In this document: positions 50,460 through 59,411 of the stretch, in pieces
How positions within the stretch are numbered: the first letter of the stretch is position 1
How the letters are laid out: the number at the start of each line of letters is the position of its first letter
Assembly: GCA_965231015.1 (NCBI GenBank)
Contig: OZ246408.1
Location: forward strand, 857,908 to 921,907
From: an uncultured Gammaproteobacteria bacterium
GTDB taxonomy: Bacteria > Patescibacteriota > Patescibacteriia > UBA9934 > CAZDDW01
Direction of reading: 5' to 3'
Length of the DNA: 64,000 nucleotides
Made by a program: the position numbers and the translations under genes
Notes under the pieces: model-generated
Told to the model about the DNA's origin: nothing
Seen by the model: the letters and a program-made list of their open reading frames with translations, nothing else
Databases searched by the model: none

Positions 50460-51695
50460 CTATATCACGTTTTTCTCTTTCATTGCAGACTCGATTCGCT
50501 CCATGGCTACAATAAATGCTGCGCGTCGCATGTCAATCTTGAGTTCCTCGGCCTTATTCCAAACCGCGTTGAATGCTTCCTGCATGATCGGTTTAAGCTT
50601 GGCAAAAACCTCCTCTTCACTCCAATGTTCCCCTTTCAAGTTCTGATCCCACTCAAAGTAACTCACGGTCACACCGCCAGCGTTAGCCAGAATGTCTGGA
50701 GCAACATGAATTCCTTTTTGGAATAAAACCTCATCGGCTTCTGGAGTAGTTGGCCCGTTAGCGAGCTCGACGAGAACTTTAGCTTTAACTCGATCTGCAT
50801 TCTCGGCAGTGATCACGTTTTCCAAAGCAGCAGGCACCAAGACGTCACATTCTGTTTCGAACACTTGCATCGGATCACTAATTGTTTCCCCGCCAGCAAA
50901 TTCACTGACCGGGTTTCGAGCTGTCTTGTGTTCAACAAGCGCTGGAATATCAAGCCCATCAAAATTTGTAACGCCACCTCGGGAATCAGCTACAGCCACA
51001 ACTTTGAATCCAGCTGCGTGCATTAAGCTGGCCATGTGCATTCCCGCGTTCCCAAAACCATGAATCGCCACAGTTGCACCGTCAGTAATCCCAACCTTGG
51101 CTTTTAACTCTTCAAACACGTAGAATCCGCCTTGTGCGGTTGCAGTTCCCCGGCCCTCGCTTCCACCATTTTCAATCGGCTTACCTGTAATCACAGCTCC
51201 ACTAGTGTCGCCGGTAATCTTGCTGTACTCGTCAGCCATCCAGGCCATAATCTGCGGGGTGGTGTAAACGTCTGGGGCAGGAATATCTTTGTCCGGTCCA
51301 ATCACTGGCACCATTCCGCGGATCCAACCACGAGACAATTTTTCAAGCTCAGTTTCCGAAAGCTCTTTCGGGTTCACCGTGATACCGCCCTTTCCGCCAC
51401 CAAGCGGGATGTTTACTACCGCACACTTTAAAGCCATCCAAAAAGACAAAGCTTTTACTTCATTGATGTCAGTATCCTGATGATAGCGAATTCCACCCTT
51501 GTACGGACCTCGAGCTGAATTGAATTGAACTCGATACCCCTCATAAATTTCTAGACTCCCATCGTTACGACGAAGCGGAATGTTAATTCTAACTTCTCGT
51601 TCTGGTGATGCTAACGCTTTTAGAAAATCATCTGAAAAGTCAGCGGCTTTTGCAGCTCGAGACAACTGCTCGAGTGCATTGGTAAATGGATTCAT
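50460..51695 (-). CDS. gdhA: Glu/Leu/Phe/Val dehydrogenase (glutamate dehydrogenase)
   Basis: GPYKGGIRYH, GGGKGG, DIPAPDV, GFGNAG, ANAGGVTVSYFEW. Confidence 0.93.
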   Translation of the reverse strand: MNPFTNALEQLSRAAKAADFSDDFLKALASPEREVRINIPLRRNDGSLEIYEGYRVQFNSARGPYKGGIRYHQDTDINEVKALSFWMALKCAVVNIPLGGGKGGITVNPKELSETELEKLSRGWIRGMVPVIGPDKDIPAPDVYTTPQIMAWMADEYSKITGDTSGAVITGKPIENGGSEGRGTATAQGGFYVFEELKAKVGITDGATVAIHGFGNAGMHMASLMHAAGFKVVAVADSRGGVTNFDGLDIPALVEHKTARNPVSEFAGGETISDPMQVFETECDVLVPAALENVITAENADRVKAKVLVELANGPTTPEADEVLFQKGIHVAPDILANAGGVTVSYFEWDQNLKGEHWSEEEVFAKLKPIMQEAFNAVWNKAEELKIDMRRAAFIVAMERIESAMKEKNVI

Positions 51696-51696
51696 A

Positions 51697-52620
51697 TTAT
51701 TCTATTTCTTCTAAGTATCGTTTAGCATCAAGCGCGGCGGCGCAACCATCTCCGGCGGCCCACACAGCTTGACGATATACCCAGTCACGAACATCCCCGG
51801 CTGCGAACACACCCGGAATATCTGTGGCGGTAGTGTCAGGCTTGGTTTTAATATATCCTTTTTGTAATTCAAGTTGGTCAGAAAAAATTTCTGTACTCGG
51901 CTTGCGGCCAATGGCCACAAATAATCCTTGTACATCCAGTTCTGTCTCTTCATTGGACTGATTATTGATTATCTTCAGCTTGGTGATTCCTTTTTCATCT
52001 CCCAAAATTTCTTTCACTTCAGTGTTGTACATGAATTCAATTTTTTGATCATCTTCCGCTCGCTTTTGCATAATCTCTGAGGCTTTTAACTCATCTCCCC
52101 GAACTAAAACTGTTACCTTAGACGCAAAACGAGTCAGAAACGTGGCTTCTTCCATAGCAGAATCTCCTCCGCCTACCACAGCAATTTCTTTATCCTTGAA
52201 AAAGAACCCATCACAGGTGGCACAAGCCGATACTCCTCGTCCGCGATATTCGTTTTCACCCGACACACTAAGCCAGCGAGCTTCAGCCCCGGTAGCAATA
52301 ATCACACTTTTGCCTTGATATTCAGCTTCGGCAGTCTTAACTAGCTTAGGATCTCCTTTAAGATCAACTGACTCAACCGTTTCGGCCACCACCTTGGTTC
52401 CAAAACGCTCTGCCTGCTTTTTAAAATTCTCCATTAATTCCGGACCCATAATCCCTTCCGGAAACCCTGGATAGTTTTCTACTTCCGTGGTGGTCATGAG
52501 TTGTCCGCCGATCTGCCCACCCCCGAACAACAAAACTCGAAGATCAGCCCGCGAAGCATAAATCGCGGCCGTGTAGCCGGCTGGACCGGAACCAATAATA
52601 ATAATGTCGTATAGCTCCAT
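51697..52620 (-). CDS. trxB: Thioredoxin reductase
   Basis: GSGPAG, CATCDG, GGGDSA. Confidence 0.97.
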   Translation of the reverse strand: MELYDIIIIGSGPAGYTAAIYASRADLRVLLFGGGQIGGQLMTTTEVENYPGFPEGIMGPELMENFKKQAERFGTKVVAETVESVDLKGDPKLVKTAEAEYQGKSVIIATGAEARWLSVSGENEYRGRGVSACATCDGFFFKDKEIAVVGGGDSAMEEATFLTRFASKVTVLVRGDELKASEIMQKRAEDDQKIEFMYNTEVKEILGDEKGITKLKIINNQSNEETELDVQGLFVAIGRKPSTEIFSDQLELQKGYIKTKPDTTATDIPGVFAAGDVRDWVYRQAVWAAGDGCAAALDAKRYLEEIE

Positions 52621-52647
52621 ATGTCCAAAATAAATTTTTAGAGCACC

Positions 52648-52959
52648 CTAGAGGTGCTTAGAGATTTTCTCTTCAAGAACATCTTTTCCCATTGCTCCAG
52701 CAAACTGATCAACTACCTGGCCGCCTTTAAAAATCATAAAAGTTGGAATTGAAAGAATATTGTGCTCCTGAGCCAGAGCCTGATTCTCATCTACATTCAC
52801 CTTCACCACTTTAGCCTTGCCTTCCATATCTTTACTAAGCTCCTCCACAATCGGAGCCATCATTTTACATGGACCACACCAGGGAGCCCAAAAATCTACG
52901 AGCACTGGCATATCAGCACTCATTACCTCGTCTTGAAAGTTGTCTTGAGTAACTTCCAT
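52648..52959 (-). CDS. trxA: Thioredoxin
   Basis: WAPWCGPC. Confidence 0.97.
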   Translation of the reverse strand: MEVTQDNFQDEVMSADMPVLVDFWAPWCGPCKMMAPIVEELSKDMEGKAKVVKVNVDENQALAQEHNILSIPTFMIFKGGQVVDQFAGAMGKDVLEEKISKHL

Positions 52960-52978
52960 AAAAATTCATTTAATTTTT

Positions 52979-55009
52979 TTATCGTTTAGAAACGCCTTCA
53001 ATTTTCAACTGACGCTGTTTTTGTTCTTCAGTATAAATCTCTAAAATATCACCCACATCAGCCTTTACCTTTCCTTTGTATTGAATACCACACTCCTGTC
53101 CTTTCAAAACCTCTGAGGTATCCTGTTTATTAGCTTGCAATTTAAGCATCTCTGCTTCACCAATAATATCCTCTCCGCGCATTATGCGCAACTTTGAGTC
53201 TTTTACTGCTGTTCCCTCGATAACCTTACCCCCGATAATAAAGCCATTGTCCAACTTCTTAAAGTTGGCCAGGACTTCAGCCTTACCATGTTCCTTCACA
53301 ATCGTTTCCATTGGCATGATCTTTTCTATGCGTTCAATCACGTCTTCAAAAAGTTTATAAATCACAGAAACTTCCTTGATCTCCACTTCTTTATCTCGAG
53401 CCAATTCCGCGGCTGTTGCTGAAGGGGTGACATTGAAAGCATAAATCACTGCATCACTGGCTTCTGCATTCATAACCTCAACATCAGTAACTGAACCAAG
53501 ACCCTTGTTAATCACATTAACCTCCACATCCGGATTCTTTTGAACTTTTTCCAGCATGCCAAGCACTGCTTCAAGTGAACCTAACACATCAGCTTTGATA
53601 ATGATATTTAGTTCCGGTTTTTTGTCTTCCTCATCTTCTGTTGCAACGTGTTGAGTTTTAGCCGCCCCTAATTCTTCAAACACGGCCGTCTTGGCTGTCT
53701 TTAACCGGTCTTTCTTCAAATCCTTAATATTATCTGGAACCTCCACAATATCACCCACGGTCGGAGCAGCCTTAAACCCTAAAATACGAATTGGGGTTGA
53801 CGGCGGAGCCTCTTTTACGTCTCGACCTAGATAATTTTTCATCGACTTCACTCGTCCATACAAAACACCATGTAAACCAAGTGTATCTCCTACTTTTAAT
53901 GTCCCGGTCTGAATCAAAACCGTGGCCACAGGTCCGGCTCCGGCATCAATCTGCGAATCAATCACAGTACCAATTGCCGGACGATCCGGATTAGCCACAA
54001 TTTTGTCTTTTTCCAAGTCAGCCACCAAAAGCAACATATCAAGCACCTCATCAATTCCTTGCATTTGTTTGGCAGAAATCGGTACCATGATGGTTTTGCC
54101 ACCCCAATCTTCCGGGGTAAGACCGTATTCAGCCAGTTGCCCCTTAACCATATCAATATTATTTGGAGCTTTATCAATTTTATTAAGAGCAACAATAAAC
54201 GGCATCCCTGAAGCCTTAATAATATCGATTGCCTCCTTAGTCTGGGGCTGAACCCCATCGTCAACCGCCACAACGAGAATGGCAATATCTGCCACCTTGG
54301 CACCTCGTGAACGCATGACCGTAAAAGCTTCGTGTCCCGGGGTATCAATAAAAGTAAGAGGGTGATTTTTGCGCTCCACCTGGTACGCTCCAATATGCTG
54401 AGTGATTCCACCAGCCTCTTCATCAACTACGTTAGTAGAACGGATAGCGTCCAAAAGTTTAGTTTTTCCATGATCAACGTGCCCCATTACCACTACAACC
54501 GGTGGGCGCGGCTTAACAGTCTCTTCAGCTGACATTATTTCTTCAGCTCTTTCTTGGGCCTCTACCTGTTCTTCGGTCTCTTGACTCTCACCTGCCGATA
54601 CAGCCTCAAATCCAAGATCACCAGCAAGAATAGAAGCGGTTTCAAAATCGATCTTATCATTCAACGAAAGCAACATTCCGGCCTTCATGATTTCCTGCAT
54701 GACGCGAGCGACCGGCAAATTCAAATAACCGGCCAATTCCCGAACAGTGGTTGAAGAAGGTAATTCCACTTGTGGCACATCCTTGGGTGATTCTTCCACG
54801 TCAGTTTCTACTTGGGTTTTTTGTAAATCTCTTTTAGCCTTTAATCTTTCTCGCTTCCGATATTCTGCCCAGGCCTCAATAATCTGATGAGCAATTCGGT
54901 CATCAACTTTAATGGCCCGACGACCAATACTAAAACCAAGCTCCGGTAATTTATCCCGTAGCTCTTCAGGGTTTACGTTCAGTTTTCTGGCTAGTTCAGT
55001 TACGTTCAT
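52979..55009 (-). CDS. infB: Translation initiation factor IF-2
   Basis: [26 protein letters not shown]. Confidence 0.98.
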   Translation of the reverse strand: MNVTELARKLNVNPEELRDKLPELGFSIGRRAIKVDDRIAHQIIEAWAEYRKRERLKAKRDLQKTQVETDVEESPKDVPQVELPSSTTVRELAGYLNLPVARVMQEIMKAGMLLSLNDKIDFETASILAGDLGFEAVSAGESQETEEQVEAQERAEEIMSAEETVKPRPPVVVVMGHVDHGKTKLLDAIRSTNVVDEEAGGITQHIGAYQVERKNHPLTFIDTPGHEAFTVMRSRGAKVADIAILVVAVDDGVQPQTKEAIDIIKASGMPFIVALNKIDKAPNNIDMVKGQLAEYGLTPEDWGGKTIMVPISAKQMQGIDEVLDMLLLVADLEKDKIVANPDRPAIGTVIDSQIDAGAGPVATVLIQTGTLKVGDTLGLHGVLYGRVKSMKNYLGRDVKEAPPSTPIRILGFKAAPTVGDIVEVPDNIKDLKKDRLKTAKTAVFEELGAAKTQHVATEDEEDKKPELNIIIKADVLGSLEAVLGMLEKVQKNPDVEVNVINKGLGSVTDVEVMNAEASDAVIYAFNVTPSATAAELARDKEVEIKEVSVIYKLFEDVIERIEKIMPMETIVKEHGKAEVLANFKKLDNGFIIGGKVIEGTAVKDSKLRIMRGEDIIGEAEMLKLQANKQDTSEVLKGQECGIQYKGKVKADVGDILEIYTEEQKQRQLKIEGVSKR

Positions 55010-55052
55010 AAGTGCGGCTAGTGTACAAAAAATGAGCTAAAAAGTCAATTAT

Positions 55053-55328
55053 AAAGGGGCGGTTAAGTTGGAATCGGACCAAGCTTAACCGCCCCGGCGC
55101 GTGTGGCTGACGCAAGACAACTGCATCAACCGGGCAACGAACCGTCGAAGTGGGAGGAATCGCGGCTCGTAAAGAACTTGGGAAGGTGCGGCAGGGAGCG
55201 GGGTATCCCTGCCGCACCCGGGTGAGTCCGGTGAGGGAGCCGGACGTAGGAGCCTGGAATGGTCGGGGCAACCGGAGAGCACGCCAAGCGCCCGTGTATC
55301 GCTCTCCGGCGCCCCTGCACCATGTCGC
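55053..55328 (-). ncRNA. Candidate ~275-nt GC-rich structured ncRNA of unknown family
   Basis: TTGACA-17-TAGCGT promoter on the minus strand near 55364-55336; strong hairpins; ends in ggggcggttaag..cttaaccgcccc-ttt. Confidence 0.55.
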
Positions 55329-55365
55329 TAAATTAACGCTAACACCCACCTATAATTATGTCAAG

Positions 55366-55405
55366 ATACTTTATACTTTATACTTTATACTTAATACTTT
55401 ATACT
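55366..55405. repeat. Tandem heptamer (atacttt) x~5.5
   Basis: atactttatactttatactttatacttaatactttatact, immediately upstream of truB. Confidence 0.9.
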
Positions 55406-55413
55406 GCTCACAT

Positions 55414-56109
55414 ATGCAAGGCTTTATTTTAATTGACAAACCAACTGACTGGACCAGCCACGATGTTGTGAATCGAGTTCGAAAGCTGACCGGCGAACGC
55501 AAAGTCGGCCACGCCGGCACCCTGGATCCGTTTGCGACCGGGTTGCTGATTATTGGGGTTGGAAAAAAATACACTAAACAACTAGGTGAACTGATTGGGC
55601 TCAACAAAGAATACGAGGCAACGTTTGTTCTTGGTGCCACGAGCGCTACCGATGACCCGGAAGGACCAATCACTGAACGACGTGCGACGTGCGACGTGCG
55701 ACGTGCCCAAATCGAGGAGGCCATGAAAAAATACATGGGCGAAATCGACCAAGTTCCTCCGCGTTTTGCTGCCATTAAAAAAGACGGCAAGAAGTTATAC
55801 GAAAAAGCTCGAGCTGGAGAAGAATTTGAACCTGAATCTCGCAAGGTCAGAGTCGATGAATATGAGCTTCTCAAAACATCAGACGATAATCACAAATTAA
55901 AAGTCCGGATCAAATGTGGATCCGGGACCTATATTCGAGCTTTAGCGCGAGACTTAGGAAACGATCTTGGAGTCGGCGGTTATGTAAGTGAGCTTAGACG
56001 AACTAGGGTGGGAGACTTTGATGTTTCCGATTCAACACCCCTTGAGGAACTCGCCCCTAACAACATCGAGTCAAAAATTTTTCAAAAAGAAGAAGCGGGA
56101 TCCCGGTAG
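55414..56109 (+). CDS. truB: tRNA pseudouridine(55) synthase
   Basis: IDKPTDWTSHDVV, VGHAGTLDPFATG, GSGTYIRALARD. Confidence 0.97.
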   Translation: MQGFILIDKPTDWTSHDVVNRVRKLTGERKVGHAGTLDPFATGLLIIGVGKKYTKQLGELIGLNKEYEATFVLGATSATDDPEGPITERRATCDVRRAQIEEAMKKYMGEIDQVPPRFAAIKKDGKKLYEKARAGEEFEPESRKVRVDEYELLKTSDDNHKLKVRIKCGSGTYIRALARDLGNDLGVGGYVSELRRTRVGDFDVSDSTPLEELAPNNIESKIFQKEEAGSR

Positions 56110-56128
56110 GATTCCGCTTCGGAAGAAA

Positions 56129-56232
56129 TGGTGAGGCCAGATGGAATCGAACCATCGACCGCTGGGGCTCCTCTGGACCATCTAGAACTTGACGACCCAT
56201 ACCCAGTGCTCTACCAGCTGAGCTATAGCCTC
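56129..56232 (-). tRNA. tRNA-like gene with a 28-nt insertion in the anticodon loop (identity undetermined)
   Basis: GAGGCTA/TGGCCTC acceptor stem plus ACCA; D arm GCTC-AGCTGGTA-GAGC; anticodon stem CTGGG/CCCAG around 35 nt; T arm GATGG-TTCGATT-CCATC. Confidence 0.8.
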
Positions 56233-56251
56233 ACTTAAAAGTACTTTTTGT

Positions 56252-56322
56252 GTTGCGGTCAAGTCATGCCGGCCAGATGTGCCAGGGGGAGGTCACATGT
56301 GACCCAAGGACCTGACCGCAAC
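56252..56322 (-). ncRNA. Three-way-junction RNA element upstream of the tRNA-like gene
   Basis: 14-bp closing stem gttgcggtcaggtc/gacttgaccgcaac with two internal hairpins; TTGACA at 56358-56353. Confidence 0.5.
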
Positions 56323-56444
56323 GAAACAATTTATACCAAACTCTCAAAAAACTGTCAAGCCCAGCTAAAATAGGCCTGTTTTTGGTTCCCTTGCCAAAAA
56401 GAAAAAAGCGTGCTAGTGTGCTTTTGTAATTAATGATTATATTA

Positions 56445-56650
56445 TTGAAGGTCGGTTGATTTTTGAGGATACGAAAAATCCCTGAAACGGACGTGTACGA
56501 ACGAAACATTATGACGTTTAACTTCAACTTTTTGAAACTTTCGTCGAGCCTGACTCGACTAAAGCGACAATTGAACGCCTTAAACTAAGGGACAGCGAGT
56601 CCTAATTTTTCGTACCTAGATATCCCGTCGAGGGACAATCCGACCTCCAA
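56445..56650 (+). ncRNA. ssrS: Probable 6S RNA
   Basis: ~200-nt rod: ttgaaggtcgg/ccgacctccaa, tacgaaaaat/atttttcgta, tccct/aggga, gtcgag/ctcgac. It has tccctga and ttgaac motifs and lies directly upstream of rny-ymdB, a known ssrS context. Confidence 0.65.
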
Positions 56651-56662
56651 GCTAAAAACTCT

Positions 56663-58192
56663 ATGGATCCAATTTTTGCCATAGCTGCTCTTGGGGGACT
56701 TTTGTTAGGGCTTATTGGTGGATACGCCATTCGCAAAACCGTAGCGAAGGGTAATTTGAATTCCGCTGAAGCCAAGGTAGACAAAATGCTGGCCGAGGGT
56801 AAAGCTAAATATCAGGAAGTTCTCCTAAAGGCTAAAGAAAAAGCCATTGCTATTATTGATGAGGCTAAAAAAGAAGAACGGGATCGCCGACGCGAACTTC
56901 AGGAAACTCAAAAGCGTTTAGAAAAACGTGAATCACTGTTTGATAAAAAAATTATCGAGGTTGAATCAAAGCAGGGTGAAATTGAGAAGAAAGCCAAACG
57001 AATTGAAGAAATCAAGACTCAAATTAAAGACTTGCACGCTCAAGAAATGGCCAAACTGCAAGAAGTAGCCGGCATGAGTCAGGACGATGCAGCCAAACGA
57101 CTTTTTGAACTGGTTGAAAAAGATCAGCAAGAAGCTCTGATGAGTCGAGTAAGAAAATTAGAACAAATGACTGAGGAGGAGCTAGAGCGCGAGAGCCGTA
57201 AACTGGTTTCCTTGGCCATCACTCGTTACGCTTCTTCCCAAGCTACTGATACCACCACCACATCTGTTGATCTACCAAGTGATGAGATGAAGGGTCGTAT
57301 CATTGGAAAAGAAGGTCGAAATATTAAAGCATTGGAACAATTAACCGGGTGCGAAATCATTGTGGATGACACTCCGGAGATGATCACTATCAGCGGTTTC
57401 TCCCCTATCCGTCGCCAGGTAGCCAAACGAGCTCTTGATATTTTGATCAAGGATGGGCGCATTCATCCGGCTCGCATTGAGGAAGCGGTTGGCGAGGCCA
57501 AAAAGAGTTTGGCACTCGATATCAAAAAGGCTGGTGAAGATGCACTGTATGAACTTGGCATCCCGGTTTCATCTATTGATCCGAAACTTGTGTCAATTCT
57601 GGGTCGTCTGCGCTTTAGAACTAGCTATGGACAAAACGTCTTGCAACACTCAATTGAGGTGGCTCAACTTTCAGCCTTGATTGGTGAGGAATTGGGAGCG
57701 GACGTGGCCATCTGTCGCAAAGGCGGATTGTTCCATGACGTTGGAAAAGCGGTTGATCATGACATGCAGGGAGCTCATCCTGAAATTGGTTATAACATCA
57801 TGAAAAAGTTTGGCCTTCCAGAAGAGATCTGCTATCAATCAATCGCCCACCACGAAGACCGACCAAAAACAATTGAAGGGGCTATCATTAAAGCCGCTGA
57901 CGCGATTTCCGGTGCTCGCCCAGGAGCTCGAAAACAGACACTGGAACAATTTATTCAACGCATGGAAGAGCTGGAACAAACTGCTAGTCAGTTCCCTGGA
58001 GTGGAAAAAGCCTACGCTATTCAAGCCGGACGCGAAATACGTGTCTTTGTGACTCCACAAGAAGTAGACGATTTTACTGCTTACAAGATGGCTAAGGAAA
58101 TTGCCAGTAAAATTGAATCTGAACTACAATACCCTGGAGAAGTTAAAGTGACTTTGATCCGAGAAACTCGAGTAGTTGAATATGCCAAATAA
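56663..58192 (+). CDS. rny: Ribonuclease Y
   Basis: N-terminal TM helix, KH domain MKGRIIGKEGRNI, HD domain RTSYGQN..FHDVGK. Confidence 0.98.
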   Translation: MDPIFAIAALGGLLLGLIGGYAIRKTVAKGNLNSAEAKVDKMLAEGKAKYQEVLLKAKEKAIAIIDEAKKEERDRRRELQETQKRLEKRESLFDKKIIEVESKQGEIEKKAKRIEEIKTQIKDLHAQEMAKLQEVAGMSQDDAAKRLFELVEKDQQEALMSRVRKLEQMTEEELERESRKLVSLAITRYASSQATDTTTTSVDLPSDEMKGRIIGKEGRNIKALEQLTGCEIIVDDTPEMITISGFSPIRRQVAKRALDILIKDGRIHPARIEEAVGEAKKSLALDIKKAGEDALYELGIPVSSIDPKLVSILGRLRFRTSYGQNVLQHSIEVAQLSALIGEELGADVAICRKGGLFHDVGKAVDHDMQGAHPEIGYNIMKKFGLPEEICYQSIAHHEDRPKTIEGAIIKAADAISGARPGARKQTLEQFIQRMEELEQTASQFPGVEKAYAIQAGREIRVFVTPQEVDDFTAYKMAKEIASKIESELQYPGEVKVTLIRETRVVEYAK

Positions 58193-58976
58193 AACACTTC
58201 TCGTTTTTGGAGACATTATTGGCCGCCTTGGCCGGGAAACCCTCGCTCGCGAGCTTCCCGGCCTTTTGGCTGAACACAAACCGGATCTTGTTGTTGCCAA
58301 CGCGGAAAACTTGGCGCACGGCTTTGGGGTCACTAAAAAAATTATTGAAAAATTAAGAGATGCAGGGATAGACATTTTTACAAGCGGTAATCACATTTGG
58401 TCCAATCCCGGCTTTCAGGATTGTTTAGATGAACCTGAACTTGCTAAGCGTATAATCCGGCCACTCAATGACCTTTGCTCTGAAGGCCTGGGTTATACTG
58501 TAATTGAAAAAAATACTGATCGGTTTCTTATCATTAATTTATCCGGTACCGTCTTCATGAACCAGGAATATCCAAGCCCGTTTTATGCCGTTGACAAGGT
58601 ATTAAAAGATTTAAAGGACGAAAAATTTGATGCAATCCTGGTTGACTTTCACGCTGAGGCAACAAGTGAAAAAGCCGTGCTTGGACTTTACCTGGATGGA
58701 CGGGTGACCGGATTTTACGGCACACATACTCATGTTCCCACAGCAGATGAAAGAATCCTACCCCAAGGAACAGCTTTCATCACGGATATCGGCATGGTTG
58801 GAGTTCACAATGAAGCCATTGGTGGTCGTTATGATATGATTGTTGAAGAAATGAAAGATGGTAGATTGGGAAAATATGAAGTACCAGAAAAGGGTTCTGT
58901 AGAAATCAACGGACTTGTTGTTAAAGCTCAAGACGGGTTAGCCAAAGAGGTAAAAAGAATTCGCAAAATCGTATAA
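58182..58976 (+). CDS. ymdB: YmdB-family metallophosphoesterase
   Basis: GDIIG, NAEN, TSGNH, DFHAEATSEK, GTHTHVPTAD. Confidence 0.95.
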   Translation: MPNKTLLVFGDIIGRLGRETLARELPGLLAEHKPDLVVANAENLAHGFGVTKKIIEKLRDAGIDIFTSGNHIWSNPGFQDCLDEPELAKRIIRPLNDLCSEGLGYTVIEKNTDRFLIINLSGTVFMNQEYPSPFYAVDKVLKDLKDEKFDAILVDFHAEATSEKAVLGLYLDGRVTGFYGTHTHVPTADERILPQGTAFITDIGMVGVHNEAIGGRYDMIVEEMKDGRLGKYEVPEKGSVEINGLVVKAQDGLAKEVKRIRKIV

Positions 58977-59055
58977 TCCGCTAAGTCTTGCATAATTATC
59001 AGTATTCCGCTATAATAACACAAGAAATTAAAACTACACTTAATCCTTTTTCAAT

Positions 59056-59349
59056 ATGAACAAAGCAGAGCTTGCCGCGCGTATAGCCGACAAAACCAAT
59101 GTTCCCAAGAAAACGGCCGAAGAGTTTGTCGAGGCATTTCAAGAAATCGTCACCCGAACTCTCATGGAAGGGGGCGAAGTAACCATTGCCGGGTTTGGAA
59201 CCTTTTCTGCCCGCACCCGCAAAGGCCGCATTGGTGTAAATCCTCAAAATCCTTCAGAAAAAATTGAAATTCCACCGGTTGTTGTCCCGAAATTCAAAGC
59301 CGGTAAGGCACTTAAAGATTCTCTCAAGGGAAAGCGAGAAATCATATAA
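59056..59349 (+). CDS. hup: HU family DNA-binding protein
   Basis: MNKAEL, GFGTF, GVNPQ, PKFKAGKALK. Confidence 0.96.
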   Translation: MNKAELAARIADKTNVPKKTAEEFVEAFQEIVTRTLMEGGEVTIAGFGTFSARTRKGRIGVNPQNPSEKIEIPPVVVPKFKAGKALKDSLKGKREII

Positions 59350-59360
59350 GCAGATAATTT

Positions 59361-59391
59361 AAAACGAGCCTCCAATTCGGAAGCTCGTTTT
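59361..59391. terminator. Bidirectional terminator
   Basis: aaaacgagc.tcc-aattc-gga.gctcgtttt. Confidence 0.8.
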
Positions 59392-59411
59392 GATTTTACT
59401 GAAACCGTAAT

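Noticed and set aside
55056-55322. tmRNA or RNase P RNA on the + strand (starts GGGGCGG, ends GCACCA, contains GAGGAA)
   Set aside because: There is no T-arm before ACCA, the 5' end pairs locally, and no short tag ORF ends in a stop. The RNase P P4 strands (GAGGAAAGUCC and the 3' CGGCUUA) are absent.
55150-55413. N-terminal extension of TruB
   Set aside because: It reads through the structured RNA and the heptamer repeat; TruB homology starts at MQGFILIDKP.
56166-56200. Archaeal-type BHB intron or group I intron in the tRNA-like gene
   Set aside because: Positions 32-35 (UAUG) cannot form the 4-bp central helix with the 3' end of the insert, and 28 nt is far too short for a ribozyme.
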